A stretch of 64,000 bases of DNA from contig CATNEN010000038.1 of the NCBI GenBank assembly GCA_950097015.1, positions 19,964,001-20,028,000 of the forward strand, read 5' to 3'. The notes below the pieces were generated by a model. That model worked only from the letters and a program-made list of their open reading frames with translations. It did not search any database and was not told the DNA's origin. Below, one piece after another: positions 24,601 to 58,200 of this stretch. Positions within the stretch are counted from its first letter, which is position 1; every line of letters starts with the position of its first letter. A program made the position numbers and the translations under genes. Source of the DNA: Macrostomum hystrix. Lineage: Eukaryota; Animalia; Platyhelminthes.

Positions 24601-26863
24601 TGGTTAAAAATGTTATGCGTAATATTTTCGCGTACCAAACTTGGCAGGATGAATATGTCCTGGTCGCTAAGCGCCCCAGCTGGTCCGCTCTGGAAGTTAC
24701 CATAAACTTAATTTGAATTATTTATGACTCCGACCAGCTGTTTTACACACTATTTTACTGTGATTAATCAGTCACCTGATTGAATATCCTGTCAACCTGG
24801 TTCATGTTCTCCGGCCTGTACACTAGCACCCAGCTGTGAGAGGTCAGCAGGTCGCGATCGCTGACCAAAGCCGCGAAGATCTCCTTGTCGGTGGTGCTGG
24901 CGTTGATGACACGCTGGGTGAAGATTTTGCCGACGACATTGGATGTGAAGTGACTGCTGGCTATATTGTGTGGTGATAGGCAAAGAGATTTAATATTTGC
25001 GGCCTAGCTCACAGATTTCGTGGGTCGGTCTGAGACGCAGCTAAAAGGTGGCTTATGGCTTTTTTTATTCGCTGCTAAACAATGAGAAGGTCAAAGCAAT
25101 CTACACCCTCATATTGCCTCCTCACTGGCTGCAAAGATACCTACTTCAGTTCAAAGATACCAAATAAATTTTTGCTCTTATAACTCACGATATTATCTGT
25201 CCAACTGAGTTTATAATTCACAAATGTATAAATTAAAAATCTGGAGACATACCGATAGTACCATCAGTGAAGATGGTGTAGCCCTGTCTTTGCAGTGCCG
25301 TATTTAGATCAAACAGTGTACCGTTCAGTTGGTTATGATCAATCTGATACTGGAACATCTGAGGCTGGTACTCGTAGGGTGAGTACTCCCTGTCGCCGCT
25401 AATGAAGTACGGTATGCCATTACTGAAGGTGACAACAGCCACGCTCAGGTAATAATCTGCCACCACAGCGGAGATTCCGCGACTGAGTAATTCGCTTTCA
25501 ACTGAAAAATAGGTTTTTCTTCGTTGAAAATAATCCTTCTTGAATCCATGATCAATAGGAACAGCCTAATTAATCCTAAACGAAAAAAGACCTTACACCA
25601 AGACACATAACACGACAGAAATTAACAAAAGCTCTGTGCATAACACTGCCAAGATTATGGAACTTTAAAACGAGTACTTTATTTCCACAGAAGGTTGATT
25701 TTCCCCTGCATACTTTATAGGGATCCAGTACGCTTAATCTTTCGATTATTAACGACAGAATGTTTACAGTTTTTATCAGGACATATTGACGATATTGACG
25801 AAAATAATGTGAAGTTTTGCCATAGATATAATAGCGCTTAGGATATCCTTTTCTGTACGCGAAGTCAACTGAGAATGGTGTTCTATGGTCAAAGCTGTCG
25901 TTTCGCTCGTCATAGAATAACTTTATTAGGGACATGCAATAGGATGACCGATTAATGGAGAGACAGAGAGAGGCTTAACTAAAAGGCATCGTTAAATTCT
26001 TAAATACACCTTGTTCATACAATCGATGAAATGGTGGTGCGAGATAGCAGGACTCGAAAACGAAACAGCGACAATGACAAGACTAAATAAAACTGCTCGA
26101 TGGACTAAAATGCGTGGAAATGTTTTTAAACATAAATGTACTTACGAGGTCCCATCATTTCGGGCAGTGAAAACAACGGCTGAATTGGAAAATAGGTGAA
26201 ATTGAAGGAAAATTGTCGACCCGACGCGTTAAAAAGCTGATTGCGAATCGACGTCAGAAAGTTGAAGGTGTCGATGTTTTCGACAGCTGAAACGACGTGT
26301 TTAAAGAGCATGCATATATGATTTTCTTAGTTCCATTTTATATTTGTTTGCCGAGCAGTGAATTTGGTATCAGCATTAGCTGGTGAAGAGTAACATTTTA
26401 AAGCAATGCGATTAAGAAGTATTAGCTGCGACTGTGCCAATGGGACTATCTATCTACTCGTATATATAAGTACGCTTTGCCCGCTGTACACTTCACTGTG
26501 CCTTGGAGGTTGGCCATCAAGGGCGTAAATTGCACGACAAGCCCCCAAGCCTTCTCTCCGCGGCTGCGCCCCAAATGAACGTGGCCTCGCCGCGGAATCG
26601 AACTCAGGGACCCTTGTTGCGACAGGCGAACGCGTTAACCACTCTGCCACCGACCCCCATATATTCATGCACTCTCTAATTGAGGTACAGTTTAGCTCGT
26701 AATTCCCGGAGACAGAAGGTCCCAAAATCTTACCAACATGATAGAAGTTCGACCCGCACGTTCTCTGTGCCCTCTGGGCGTCGGCTTCTAGTGGCCATTG
26801 CGACGACACGAGAGCCAGCAGGAAGAGCAGTTGGCTCAGCCTCGATGTAGAAGCGGATGCCAT
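21692..26863 (-). CDS. Divergent ionotropic glutamate receptor / IR-like channel with a C-terminal PNPase-like S1 RNA-binding domain (~934 aa)
   Basis: Exons 26734-26863 (signal peptide), 26146-26286, 25253-25501, 24776-24960, 24569-24689 (least certain), 24047-24321, 23623-23838, 23373-23555, 21928-23067, 21692-21856. iGluR motifs: GISYDLI, DGQYG..GNWTGIMG, KADI..R, M1 FYPFSWYVW, PRKPSAR, M3 TYVSNLVPFL, LEKKYF..C, M4 FAGLFAAVGIG. The tail resembles the PNPT1 S1 domain. Confidence 0.9.
23908..24005 (+). mobile_element. SINE family B 3' fragment, intronic
   Basis: GGTAATTGAGGGTGGGTGTGG..GTCCATGGACTGAACAGCCGTACGCAGCCTTCAGATG, near-identical to 11812-11900. Confidence 0.8.
26484..26658 (-). mobile_element. 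SINE family A, 5' part, in intron 1 of the iGluR-like gene
   Basis: tRNA head and 5' body match the consensus. Confidence 0.85.
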
Positions 26864-27319
26864 CACGATGCGGCACGACTCGTTTGAGTTTCGCGTTTCG
26901 AGTTTTGAGCTCGTCTTGTCTCAAGAGTTTTCTAGCCAAAAAATGTAAAGCACTGACTAATATTTACTGCAAACACAAGTCTACCCCCGAGCTTTCTGTG
27001 GACTTGTTCTCCTTATTGTATTGAATTCAATCTTTGCACATGCAGTCCATCTCTTCATCTCTGTCTTCTCTTCCAATTGTTATTTTCTTCGAAGCTTTTG
27101 TTTGAACTGAGTACAGTTGGGCAAAATTTTTAAGTCTTCGCACTGGGCAGACCCTCTTAAGACCTAGCTGAGTCCGCTGGTGTGAGCATAGACTCAAATA
27201 CTTCTCTGCCTTGCGGCCCAATGAGTAAATTTAAGAGATAAAAGCGGAGACTACTGGGGATAGACGAGGTGTTGAGGGTGACACAGTGACAGACAGGTAT
27301 GAGATTGGATGGGTAGAGA

Positions 27320-27835
27320 AGAGACACAGGGAGAGATGAGACGCAGGGAGAGATGAGACACTGGGAGAGATGAGACACAGAGAGAGATGAGACACAGGGA
27401 GAGATGAGACGCTGGGAGAGATGAGACACAGAGAGAGATGAGACACAGGGAGAGATGAGACGCTGGGAGAGATGAGACATAGGGAGAGAGAAGACAAAGG
27501 GAGAGATAAGACACGGGGAGAGATGAGACACAGGGAGAGATGAGACACAGGGAGAGATGAGACATAGGAAGAGATAAGACACGGGGAGAGATGAGACACA
27601 GGGAGAGATGAGACACAGGGAGAGATGAGACGCTGGGAGAGATGAGACGCTGGGAGAGATGAGACGCTGGGAGAGATGAGACGCTGGGAGAGATGAGACG
27701 CTGGGAGAGATGAGACGCTGGGAGAGATGAGACACAGGGAGAGATGAGACGCTGGGAGAGATGAGACGCTGGGAGAGATGAGACGCTGGGAGAGATGAGA
27801 TGCTGGAAGAGATGAGACACAGGGAGAGATGAGAC
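27320..27835. repeat. Minisatellite, 17-bp unit (GGGAGAGATGAGACGCT/ACACA)
   Basis: Tandem array; reverse-complement relative of 320-1147. Confidence 0.95.
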
Positions 27836-28263
27836 AGTCTGCTGCTTGTTGCATCTTTAGGCTAAGAAAAATTTTTATTGACTTGTCTACAATAGATTGC
27901 AGTTGATGACTTTAGCGCTGTTTATTTTTCAGTCACTTGAAAAGATGTCAAGAAACGAAACTATTAGCACTATAGGTCTACTGTCAGTAAAGTGGCTTGT
28001 TTTTGTATCTTTAAACTGTCTTGAGTTAATTTTTTTGTTTTACTCGTGATTTCGTAGCCAATCGCCATTTAGCTGAATTCCTATTGGCTGCTAGATATGC
28101 GTGCATTCAGATTTGGCTAATGCAATATAGTCATTATACATTTAAGGCTTTTTAAGACAGGACTTACAGTCAGCCCTCCAAGGACACTTGGCAGTCATTC
28201 AGGAAGTCATAATTGGTAAATCAGTTCGCTTTCGTGAAGCAAACTACTCAAAGTTGAGATCGC

Positions 28264-47607
<19,344 letters not shown>

Positions 47608-49227
47608 GAACAAAAATTGTTCGGGGCATTGTAGGCCCCCCTAGTGCCATTATCGTTGCAGGAATGTTGACGCTAGCCATCGTGACTCGTTACAATCTCG
47701 GATCATATGTCGCGCTCAGAAACGTTGCAGTAAGGTTGATGCGAAACGTTGATGAAGAAACCAAATATCAACTATAGGGGAACCATTACTATTTATGCCA
47801 TGGCAGGTTTTATTACTCAGTACGTTTTTTATTTTATAAAGTTTCATTATGGAATTATTTTTCAAGAGAGACTCAAAATATCTGCTTGATATTAAAAGCT
47901 AGAAATACTTTTTTATGTTCGTGGAAGCAGGACAAACTCACGTACCCCTTGCATTATTGTTAAAAAATGTTAATTTATAAAGCATCATTTGGCAATGAAA
48001 AAGAAACAATACAAAAAAACTTTTTTATCAAAGGAATTGTACACATAAATTTGTCCTTTTTAGTTTTAAAATCTGTTCACAAAGTATTTTTAACTATCTA
48101 TAAAAGGCTAGTTTATAACTCGGTCGTGATCAAATCTTAAAAGTTTCGTTGCAATAAATACGATTGAAATCGCACTAACTGAAGTACTTTCTTGCTACCA
48201 ATATATTTTCTATTTTCACCTGCAGTTTCCTTCACGATCAAACGCTGCAAACTGATTGCGTAAAACATGTTACTGAAAATTTATAAAAAGCTTTGGCACT
48301 TTTGCTATTCTGTCGATAATTTTTTTCAGACAACTGGCTGTACACGATTGACACACGATTTAAAAATCGTAACTAATGCTTAAGCAGTTATAACAAATAT
48401 TAAAAGTAAGTTTACCTTTTTTAATTAAAGGCATATGGTAGTAGTAGTAGTAACCTATATGATCAATTCACAGAAGTTATAAAATTACTATTTATTAGCA
48501 AATCCAGGCACAAATTTTGATGTCTCCATATCATTTGATCATTTTGATTGCACAAAAATTAAGTGATGTGATAAGCTGTGCCATTTTACCCATATGTAGA
48601 CAGTGTTTGTGTTGTATGTACGACGTAATATTTCTACGAGTATATTTTTTACAATCTCCTACGTGTTGCATGTCTCTAAAATGCAGCTTTTAATAACCTT
48701 TTATTCTCTTAAATCCTTACCCTAATGAGAATAGATGCCTTGCAACACAAATGCTGTGTGAAAAGTACGTGCACTGCTGTAAATAAACTGCTGTCATCAC
48801 TTACAATAAGTTTATTGTGATTACAAAGTAGATTAACAACTTCGGCACAGTTTTGTATATGGGGTTTTAGGTACTCTTAAAATAATAATTTTGGCAGTTC
48901 AAAATTGTGTTTCGCGGAAAATGACAATTTAGAAATTAAATAATATTTTTAGAAACAATTATCGGCGCCGAGTAATTTTTCCATAGCAGCCGGCGGTTTC
49001 GTTTAAGTATGTGGCATAGCTCGTATATGGATGTTGCTGCTTGAAAAAGTAGTTTAAAAATATATAAACTTAAATTAAATAACATTGTTAAAAAATGATC
49101 CTCTCTTAATTTTCATGTTGTTTTAAACTGATTTCTTTCGAAATTCGAGTTAAACATCGTAAAAAGGTGATAACAATCATTCATTCATAATTTATTGTAC
49201 TAGTGTTCCGCAGCGCGTATAATAGTA

Positions 49228-52200
49228 TTAGAGAATCACAAGGTTAACATCAGACAACGGCGTGAAGTCAATTGATCTCAGTGTGGAAACATTCAACCAG
49301 GTTGAGTTTCCTTCTGGTGTCAGCCCGCCGCCGTTCGCGTTAACGGTCAGCCTGACGACAACACCGGCAAGGAAAAAGGCTAGAACACCTGCCGCTGTGG
49401 CTGCTCTAATTAAAACTATTCTAAGTCGCAATGCCCTGCTGGACGCTGATGAATGCGCTGCTGGAGGAGGCCGGATAGCGACTAGCTCGCCAGCTGACGC
49501 ATAGGCTGGATTGCTGGGATACCGACGATGATGCTGCTGCTGTTGCTGCTCTTGATCAAACTCTTGTCTATCATCTGATAGTAGGCCTGTGTGTTTAAAG
49601 TTTAGAATTGTAACACCTTATATACGCTGATTGGTTGGTTTATCTCGTCACCCAACCAAATTTCTACCCCATTCTCTAGACACTCTGTGACAACTAACGA
49701 TTACGATTGGTCGGTTTCTTGGTTGACTATCGAGGCAAATTCATTTTCGTCCAGTGTCGATCAGGCTCTCTCTCTTTATCGCCCATTCCACAACCACCCG
49801 GCCACTCCATAAGCGCTAGCTTAACTAAATATTGATTGGCTTGTCTTTTGCATTTCTATCCCTAGAATGACAGACAACCCTATACGCCTTGGCTTCCATC
49901 TCTAGCTATAGCCACTCTGAAGCAGTAGCTTGCAAATTGATGGTCTTTGCAAATAGCTTGCAAATCGATAAGCCTTAAAGACAACGCAGGGTATTTCAAA
50001 TACCCCCCTTTTTCTGCATCTGCCAAAAATATTAAACCAATCGCTAATAAAATGCAGAACGCCGGCAAATGTAGCACTCAATCTCATTAAACAACTTCCA
50101 GAATCACAAAAACATCGACATCGTCAAGTTTAAACGATTCTCATCGGCGTGTCAGGTGGCAAAAACCACCAATATAGGAATAATTTTTCTGCTCACAAAA
50201 TTGCATCTTGTAACCATGTAAGCAATTATAATTGACTATACTCTATTGACCATTTTGGTATTCTTTTTTCGACAAGAGTCGCTGAGTATTTCGACGATGC
50301 TGAAGTTGGACGGCTTTGAAAGTTAATTCATCATAGAAGGCGGAAAATTTTGATCCATATGGTTGAACTAGAAGTAGACAGTGGGCATTTGTAATACTCC
50401 ACGTCGTCTTTTTCCGGGAGGGAAATAGCGTGGTCGGTCATTCTACTGTTAAGTGACCAACAACCTCACGTCGTAGCTCCTTCACTAACCCACTACTTCG
50501 ACAACGACCCCTTCAGTCCCTCTGGAATTTCAATAGTTCTAGCCCACCAGTAGTCTCGTCCTGGAAGTCTCTCTGTCGCTGCCGCTGCCGCCTCTGACGA
50601 CCAACAGCGTCGATAGCCGCCTCGCCGGCGTCGCCGCAGTCTGTGTCGTAGCGCAGCTGCTTAACTGACGCGGCTCGCACTCGCCTTTGAGCTAGCCTGG
50701 CCTGGCCCTGCCAGTCCTGCCTTGATAGAACGCCGATATAGCCGGGACAGATTAGGCTGACACCGATTAGCAGGCCGATCCATAGGCCTGCGGACGCGGA
50801 AGTTGAAGATTTTGAAGAAGCTTCTTTTCAAAGAGCGACTTTTGAAGAAACGGAAATGCATAGCTACGCGCCGGCGCACCAATCACGTGGAGGTCCGTAG
50901 CCAGAGCCAGCGGCAAACCGATGGTCATGCCCAGAACATAGTAGGACACGAACACGAAGATGACACCTGTCAACTGCCGGCCGCAGCCTCTGAGCGCCCC
51001 GGCGCACACTCCGGCGAGGCCATCCAGGTAGAGAAAGAATCCCAGCAGTGGAAAGATTGGCGCCGTGATGGCCAGGACGTCGCTGTGTTGTTTGGAAAAC
51101 AATTGGTTTGTGACTTGTAAAGTTGTTCAGCTTTATAAACAAGCTTTTAGAGGCTTTTTAACTGCAAAATTTCAGTGCTTTCCTAACTCTACCAGGCATT
51201 TTATAATACCACTGTAGTATAATTATATTTGCAGGAGGCTGCAGGCAATGGCACATAATTTTGGTGACACTAGACCAGCAGCCAACGAGCAGGTGATTCT
51301 GCCCAATTCGCTTACTCATGAGCCCACACGCACACAGATACTTTACGCAGAGACACAGCCACATAGGTTTGTACCTCTGCCCAGACTTTGTCATCGTTAG
51401 CCAGCGTTCACTCTCAGTGTACCTTGGAGGTTTACCATCAAGGGGCTAACCCACCGACAAGCCCGTCTTCTTTCCGCGGCTGTGCCAAAAATGAATGTGG
51501 CCTCGCCGCGGAATTGAACTTAGGGACCTTGGCGCGAAAGACAAACGTTATCCTCTCTGCTACTGACCCAACTTTATTATAACATTGAAATCCTCATTCA
51601 AACGCACGCGTCAGCGGTGTACAGGCCAGGAATGAAATCTTTGCCGACAATGAAGACCGCACAGAGCAGTGTGGTGGCGCAGAGCATGCAACAGACGCCG
51701 GCCTTCCAAGCCCGCTTGGCTCCGGGACCGTCGTTGGCGCCGAGCTGCTGACCGACGCGGATGTTCACAGCGACACCGAAGCCAACAACGCACTGGCGAG
51801 GATGGAAATGTTCTCACGGAAGGACATTCTGGTTTTAATTATAGACATTGGGATCACAGTATACCACACAAGATGGACATTGGGTTCACTGGATACACAA
51901 GATGGACATTGGGATCACAGTATACCACACAAGATGGACATTGGGATCACAGTATACCACACAAGATGGACATTGGGATCACAGTATACCACACAAGATG
52001 GACATTGGGTTCACTGGATACACAAGATGGACATTGGGATCACAGTATACCACACAAGATGGACATTGGGTTCACTGGATACACAAGATGGACATTGGGA
52101 TCACAGTATACCACACAAGATGGACATTGGGTTCACAGTATACCACACAAGATGGACATTGGGTTCACTGGATACACAAGATGGACATTGGGATCACAGT

Positions 52201-55200
52201 ATACCACACAAGATGGACATTGGGTTCACTGGATACACAAGATGGACATTGGGATCACAGTATACCACACAAGATGGACATTGGGATCACAGTATACCAC
52301 ACAAGATGGACATTGGGATCACAGTATACCACACAAGATGGACATTGGGATCACAGTATACCACACAAGATGGACATTGGGATCACAGTATACCACACAA
52401 GATGGACATTGGGATCACAGTATACCACACAAGATGGACATTGGGATCACAGTATACCACACACAGATAGACACTGTCTAGAGTTTCTTGCAACAACCCA
52501 CCGTGAATGCCAAAGTTTCTGTTTGAAACAGAATCGACTGAGCTCCCAGTTCCGAAGTTCCGATTGTGCCTGAAATACGAAATAATAAATTCCGTCTCTT
52601 TTTTGAAAAAACGTGAATCGTAAAAATTAGATTGACCAACCTGCCACAATGGTGCCAATTTCCCAGCAGATCACCTCCAGACAGACCATCCCCATTCCAG
52701 GAATGGCCAGCCTTAGAAACTGCCACCAATTGAACAGGCTTTCAACTTTCCAGCCATCCCAGGTCTCGCGATAAACTCCGCTGATGAGAATGTAGGCCAA
52801 TAATGAGCTGGCCATGATGCCGTAGGTCAGGCACTGACAAATGGGACTGCACCTGCCATCATTGGGGGTGGGTTTTGGTTCTACGGTGAGATTTTGAACA
52901 TGACAAATCTGGGGTGAGATTTTGAATCAGGAGAATCTTGGGTGAGATTTTGAATCAGGAGAATCTTGGGTGAGATTTTGAATCAGGAGAATCTTGGGTG
53001 AGATTTTGAATATAACAAATCTGGGGTGAGATTTTGAATATAACAAATCTTGGGTGAGATTTTGAATATAACAAATCTGGGGTGAGATTTTGAATCAGGA
53101 GAATCTAGGGTCAAGGGTGAGACTTTGAATCAGGAAAATCTTGGGTGAGATTTTGAATCAGGAGAATCTTGGGTGAGATTTTGAATCAGGAGAATCTTGG
53201 GTGAGATTTTGAATCAGGAGAATCTTGGGTGAGATTTTGAATCAGGAGAATCTTGGGTGAGATTTTGAATCAGTAGAATCTAGGGTCAAGGGTGAGATTT
53301 TGAATCAGGAAAATCTTGGGTGAGATTTTGAATCAGGAGAATCTTGGGTGAGATTTTGAATCAGGAGAATCTTGGGTGAGATTTTGAATATAACAAATCT
53401 GGGGTGAGATTTTGAATCAGGAGAATCTAGGGTCAAGGGTGAGACTTTGAATCAGGAAAATCTTGGGTGAGATTTTGAATCAGAAGAATCTTGGGTGAGA
53501 TTTTGAATCAGGAGAATCTTGGGTGAGATTTTGAATCAGGAGAATATTGGGTGAGATTTTGAATCAGGAGAATCTTGGGTGAGATTTTGAATCAGGAGAA
53601 TCTTGGGTGAGATTTTGAATCAGGAGAATCTAGGGTCAAGGGTGAGATTTTGAATCAGGAAAATCTGGGGTGAGATTTTGAATCAGGATAATCTTGGGTG
53701 AGATTTTGAATCAGGAGAATCTTGGGTGAGATTTTGAATCAGGAGAATCTTGGGTGAGATTTTGAATCAGGAGAATCTAGGGTCAAGGGTCAGACTTTGA
53801 ATCAGGAAAATCTTGGGTGAGATTTTGAATCAGGAGAATCTAGGATGAGACTTTGGATTAGCAAAATCTTGGGTAAGACTTTGAAACTGAAAAATCTAGG
53901 GTGAGTTTTTAAATCAGGCAAATGGAGGACTAAAATTGCGATTAAGAAAAATCGAGGGTGAGATTTTGAATCTGACCAATCCAAGGTGAGATTTTGAATC
54001 TGACCAATCCAAGGTGAGATTTTGAATCTGACCAATCCAAGGTGAGATTTTGAATCTGACCAATCCAAGGTGAGATTTTGAATCTGACCAATCCAAGGTG
54101 AGATTTTGAATCTGACCAATCCAAGGTGAGATTTTGAATCTGACCAATCCAAGGTGAGATTTTGAATCTGACCAACCCAATGTGAGATTTTGAATCTGAC
54201 CAATCCAATGTGAGATTTTGAATCTGACCAATCCAAGGTGAGATTTTGAATCTGACCAATCCAAGGTGAGATTTTGAATCTGACCAATCCAAGGTGAGAT
54301 TTTGAATCTGACCAATCCAAGGTGAGATTTTGAATCTGACCAACCCAAGGTGAGATTTTGAATCTGACCAACCCAAGGTGAGATTTTGAATCTGATCAAC
54401 CCAAGGTGAGATTTTGAATCTGACCAACCCAAGGTGAGATTTTGAATCTGACCAACCCAAGGTGAGATTTTGAATCTGACCAATCCAAGGTGAGATTTTG
54501 AATCAGGAAACCGAGGGTAAAATTTCGAAATATTAATATCTGGGTGAGTTTTTGTATCTTGCAAAAAAAATAATTGTGTGTATTGTGTGTGTGTAAAAAA
54601 TATAGTGTGCTAAGAGACAAAGTTTAACTTACAAGAATCCCAGCTTAAACACATAGATGCCAAGGTACTGGGATAGAATGTTGAAAGCGTTCGCAAATAC
54701 GGCCACTAGCATGGGAACAATGACCCTGTCCTGGTTCTGCATGTACCTGGCCTGGATTAGGTACATGTAGTAGAACTGAAAAAATCGCGAATTAAAAATG
54801 GTATAATCTTTTAGAATTTTTATCGGTAAAAACAATAAAATAAAACAGTAATCGTATTTGCAGAGCAGTAAGCAGTGGAACATAATTTGGTGACACTAGA
54901 CCAGCAGTCAGCGAGGAGGCAATTCTGCCCATTTCGCTGACTCCTGAGCACACACGCACACAGATGACGTACACAGGCACACACTCACACAGGTGTGTAC
55001 ATCTGCCCTGACTTTCTTATCGTCAGGCAGTGTACACTTCACTGTGCCTTGGAGATGGGCCCTTATGGGCGTAAATTGCACGACAAGCCACCAAGCCTTC
55101 TCTCCGCGGCTGCGCCCCAAATAAATGCGGCCTCACCGCGGAATCGAGCTCACGGACCTTGGTGCAAGAGGCAGACGCGTTTGACCGCTCTGCCACCGAC

Positions 55201-58200
55201 CCCTTTAAGAAAAATGCATACCAAAACTCCTGGACAAAAGTACAGCAGATAATCGGCTGCCATTCTAAAAATGCAATGATGTTAGAACCTTATTGAAAAA
55301 TTAGTCTAATAAAGATTCGTGGCAGATTTTAGCACACCTTGACACGTCGGCGTCCTGTCCGAGAGCTATCAGGATTGGCTCCATGTTTATATAGAATGGC
55401 CACAGTAGAAATGGTGCTAAGCCTATTATCATGACACCTGCATAAATCATTTAATGAGTGCTCAATCGGATTACACGTAACCCAACTGGATTAAGGAGAG
55501 CTCAATTAGATTTCAAGTGTGCTCAAATGGATTATTCTGTGCTTCTCACTTCGGGTGAGTTTGTTTCAAGAAAATTATTATCTTAATAAGACGTTCTATC
55601 TTATTAACCATAGAAAGACCAAAATATGAAACCAAACACCATGAAAACTCAGAACACAGGCTAAAATTTTGCGCTCTACCTGATTCAAGAATCACCAAGC
55701 ATCGGTATCAAGATACTCAGTGAAAAGATATTCGAAAATCCAGTGAAAAGAGTTGTGCTAAGTAATAAGGAGATTCACGAGATTGTGCTGCAGTTTGAGA
55801 CGGAAGATGGTGTTGGCGTTGATTTCAACGGTGAAGAGAATGAGAATTGAGAGAATGTGAGCTGACTAATGATTTCTGCAAAGTTATAGCAGCTGTCGTA
55901 GTCCTTTACGTAGGTTACTCCATACTTATGGAACCAGTGTCTTTAGAGAGCTTGATTAATATTAGGGACATTGATATCGACGTTGGGTCAATATTTTCTC
56001 ATGTACTCGCTGCATTCTTGTTTGCATCGGTATTTACTCTTGTAATTAGGCTCATGCCTTTTGTAATAAGATCCTGGAGAGACGATAATATTTCATCGTG
56101 TTACAATGTCAGCTATTGTTGTTGATTATATTGTACCATAATTAATATATTATTGTACAAATATGGATTCGCCATTGAGGTTTATACAGAATTTTAATTG
56201 TCCTTGTCACCAGGGTCTTCGACAAGAACCGCTGAATATCTCGACGATGCTGAGGTCGGACGGCTTTGAAAGTTAGCTCATCGTATAAATTTTGATCCAA
56301 ATGGTGGACTTTCACGAAAATCGGTCATTCGGTTTGGGAGCTATTGTGAAGTAGGCAGTGGGGATTCCGTGGTCTTTCCCCGGGTGAAAAAGTATCTGGC
56401 AAAGGTTATAGTCTGTCTACTGTTAAAAAAGATACTGTCTTTTCAAGAAAGGTGTAATCAATGGAATCAACGACTGCTCAACTGAAGCATTGCATGGCCT
56501 CACTTTGTTGCAGATAAAGACCGACTCGCTTTTTATATGCACTGCCGTAGCACTGTGAGAACAGGGTGTCGCAGGCGGTCGCCATTCCTGAGCCGAAGCT
56601 CAACCCGAAGCCGTTGAGAATCTGTGGGGGGGAAATCGTCGACCTATTTTCCATGGATAAGTTTTTGGTTTTTAAACTGGTCCAAATCGCTCAGCTCACA
56701 CTATTGGCCAGGGCTGCACCGTCCAATTCCAGTTTTCCCAGCCTGCCGCACATAATGATGCTCTCGGACAGAATGACAAAGTTCAGAAAGTAAGTTGTCA
56801 CCTAGAAAGGTAATCGGTTTTTCTATTGAAAGTATTTTATTGCTTTTCACTTCCATAAAATAACGTGGAATTGTTACACATTCTACAAAGTACGTTCCTC
56901 ATAATTGTTACTCGTTAATTGTGTCATAATCAAGCTTATGAGAAATATGGGATCAACAAACAATAACAACCTTAAAAGCCACCACATAGAATTATCTACT
57001 TCTTTTCTGGAACATAAAAAATCAAATTGCCTAAAACTATTTTATTAAGGTCTCCATACCTGCTCATATTTCATAGAGATCACTGTTATTATTGTTCTAA
57101 TTTTTTTAGAAATCACAGTATTCTTGCTCAACTTTCTTAGAAATAAAAGTTTTTCCTGCTCTAATTTCTTAGAAATCACTGTTATTCTTGCTTAACTTTC
57201 TTAGAAATCGTTGTGTCATTTTTCTCAACTTATTAGATATCGATACTACTGCTGCTAAAATTTCTTACAAATCCTTGTTATTCATGCTCAGTTTTCTTAG
57301 AAATCCACGCAATTGGTGCTGTACTATCTTAGAAGCCCCCGATATTGTTGCTCGATTTTCTTAGAAATACTTAACTTTCGTGTTTAATTATTAACTTTAC
57401 ATAAAACATTTAGGTTCTAGAAATCTGTTTTCTTTGATATCCTCGATCCTCCACTTTTTATAGAACTTTTTTGAAATCAGAAAAAACTCCCAATAAGGAA
57501 TCATACTTCTTTCGTCACGAATTAAAAAATGTTTTTCGAATTTCCAAAAAATCGGATTCAGCGCTAATCAGATCTAAAAAAATATTTTTAGCTTGATTTT
57601 GGAGACATCGAGACATTGAGGCCACATTGATTTTTTGTTGCAGTCGTCGATTGATAGCTTTAGAAGCAATTTTCGTTAAATTTACGCTGATAGATGCCAA
57701 ATCTAATGCACCTTCTGACGATGAGAAAGTCAGGTGTAGTGTCGGCATGTTTATTTTATAATGCGTATATTTCTACTTACAGTAACATATTCACGCACGT
57801 CAATATTAATGAATTATTATAATGTATGTTATAGGTTTGTTGTTTGTACATGCGCGCCCCAGCCAGGCCTACACACGCGACCGGCCGGTCACCCTGCTCT
57901 ACAGCCATGGCATCCGACTAACCCCGGTTTGGTGGGCCCAGCCAATAGGAGGGCGGCTAGCCAATCTGATGCGACCCGACTTAAGCGCGACACCCCGGGC
58001 CGGGCCAATCAGCAGTCAGTTCGTTAACCGGCAGGGACGACCTGGCAGTAGAACAAGTGGCGCGGCCGGCACCCAGGCTTTGATGGGGGCTGGGGCGGGC
58101 GTTCGACTATATAACTGACTATTGCGTTCTCATTTTGTTCCTATCGTGTCGTGTCGTTTCGTATCGTTTTTCGTTCCAATCGTTCTTTTCTGCGTTGTTA

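Noticed and set aside
25576-26104. Hydrophobic signal-peptide-like stretch (26010-26104) and ORF 25576-25935 as iGluR N-terminal exons
   Set aside because: A simpler phase-consistent model splices 26146 directly to 25501 and uses the signal peptide at 26863; these segments are likely intronic.
51845-52462. Regular 32-bp repeats resembling a CRISPR array
   Set aside because: No unique spacers, no cas genes, and it lies in a eukaryotic intron; it is a minisatellite.
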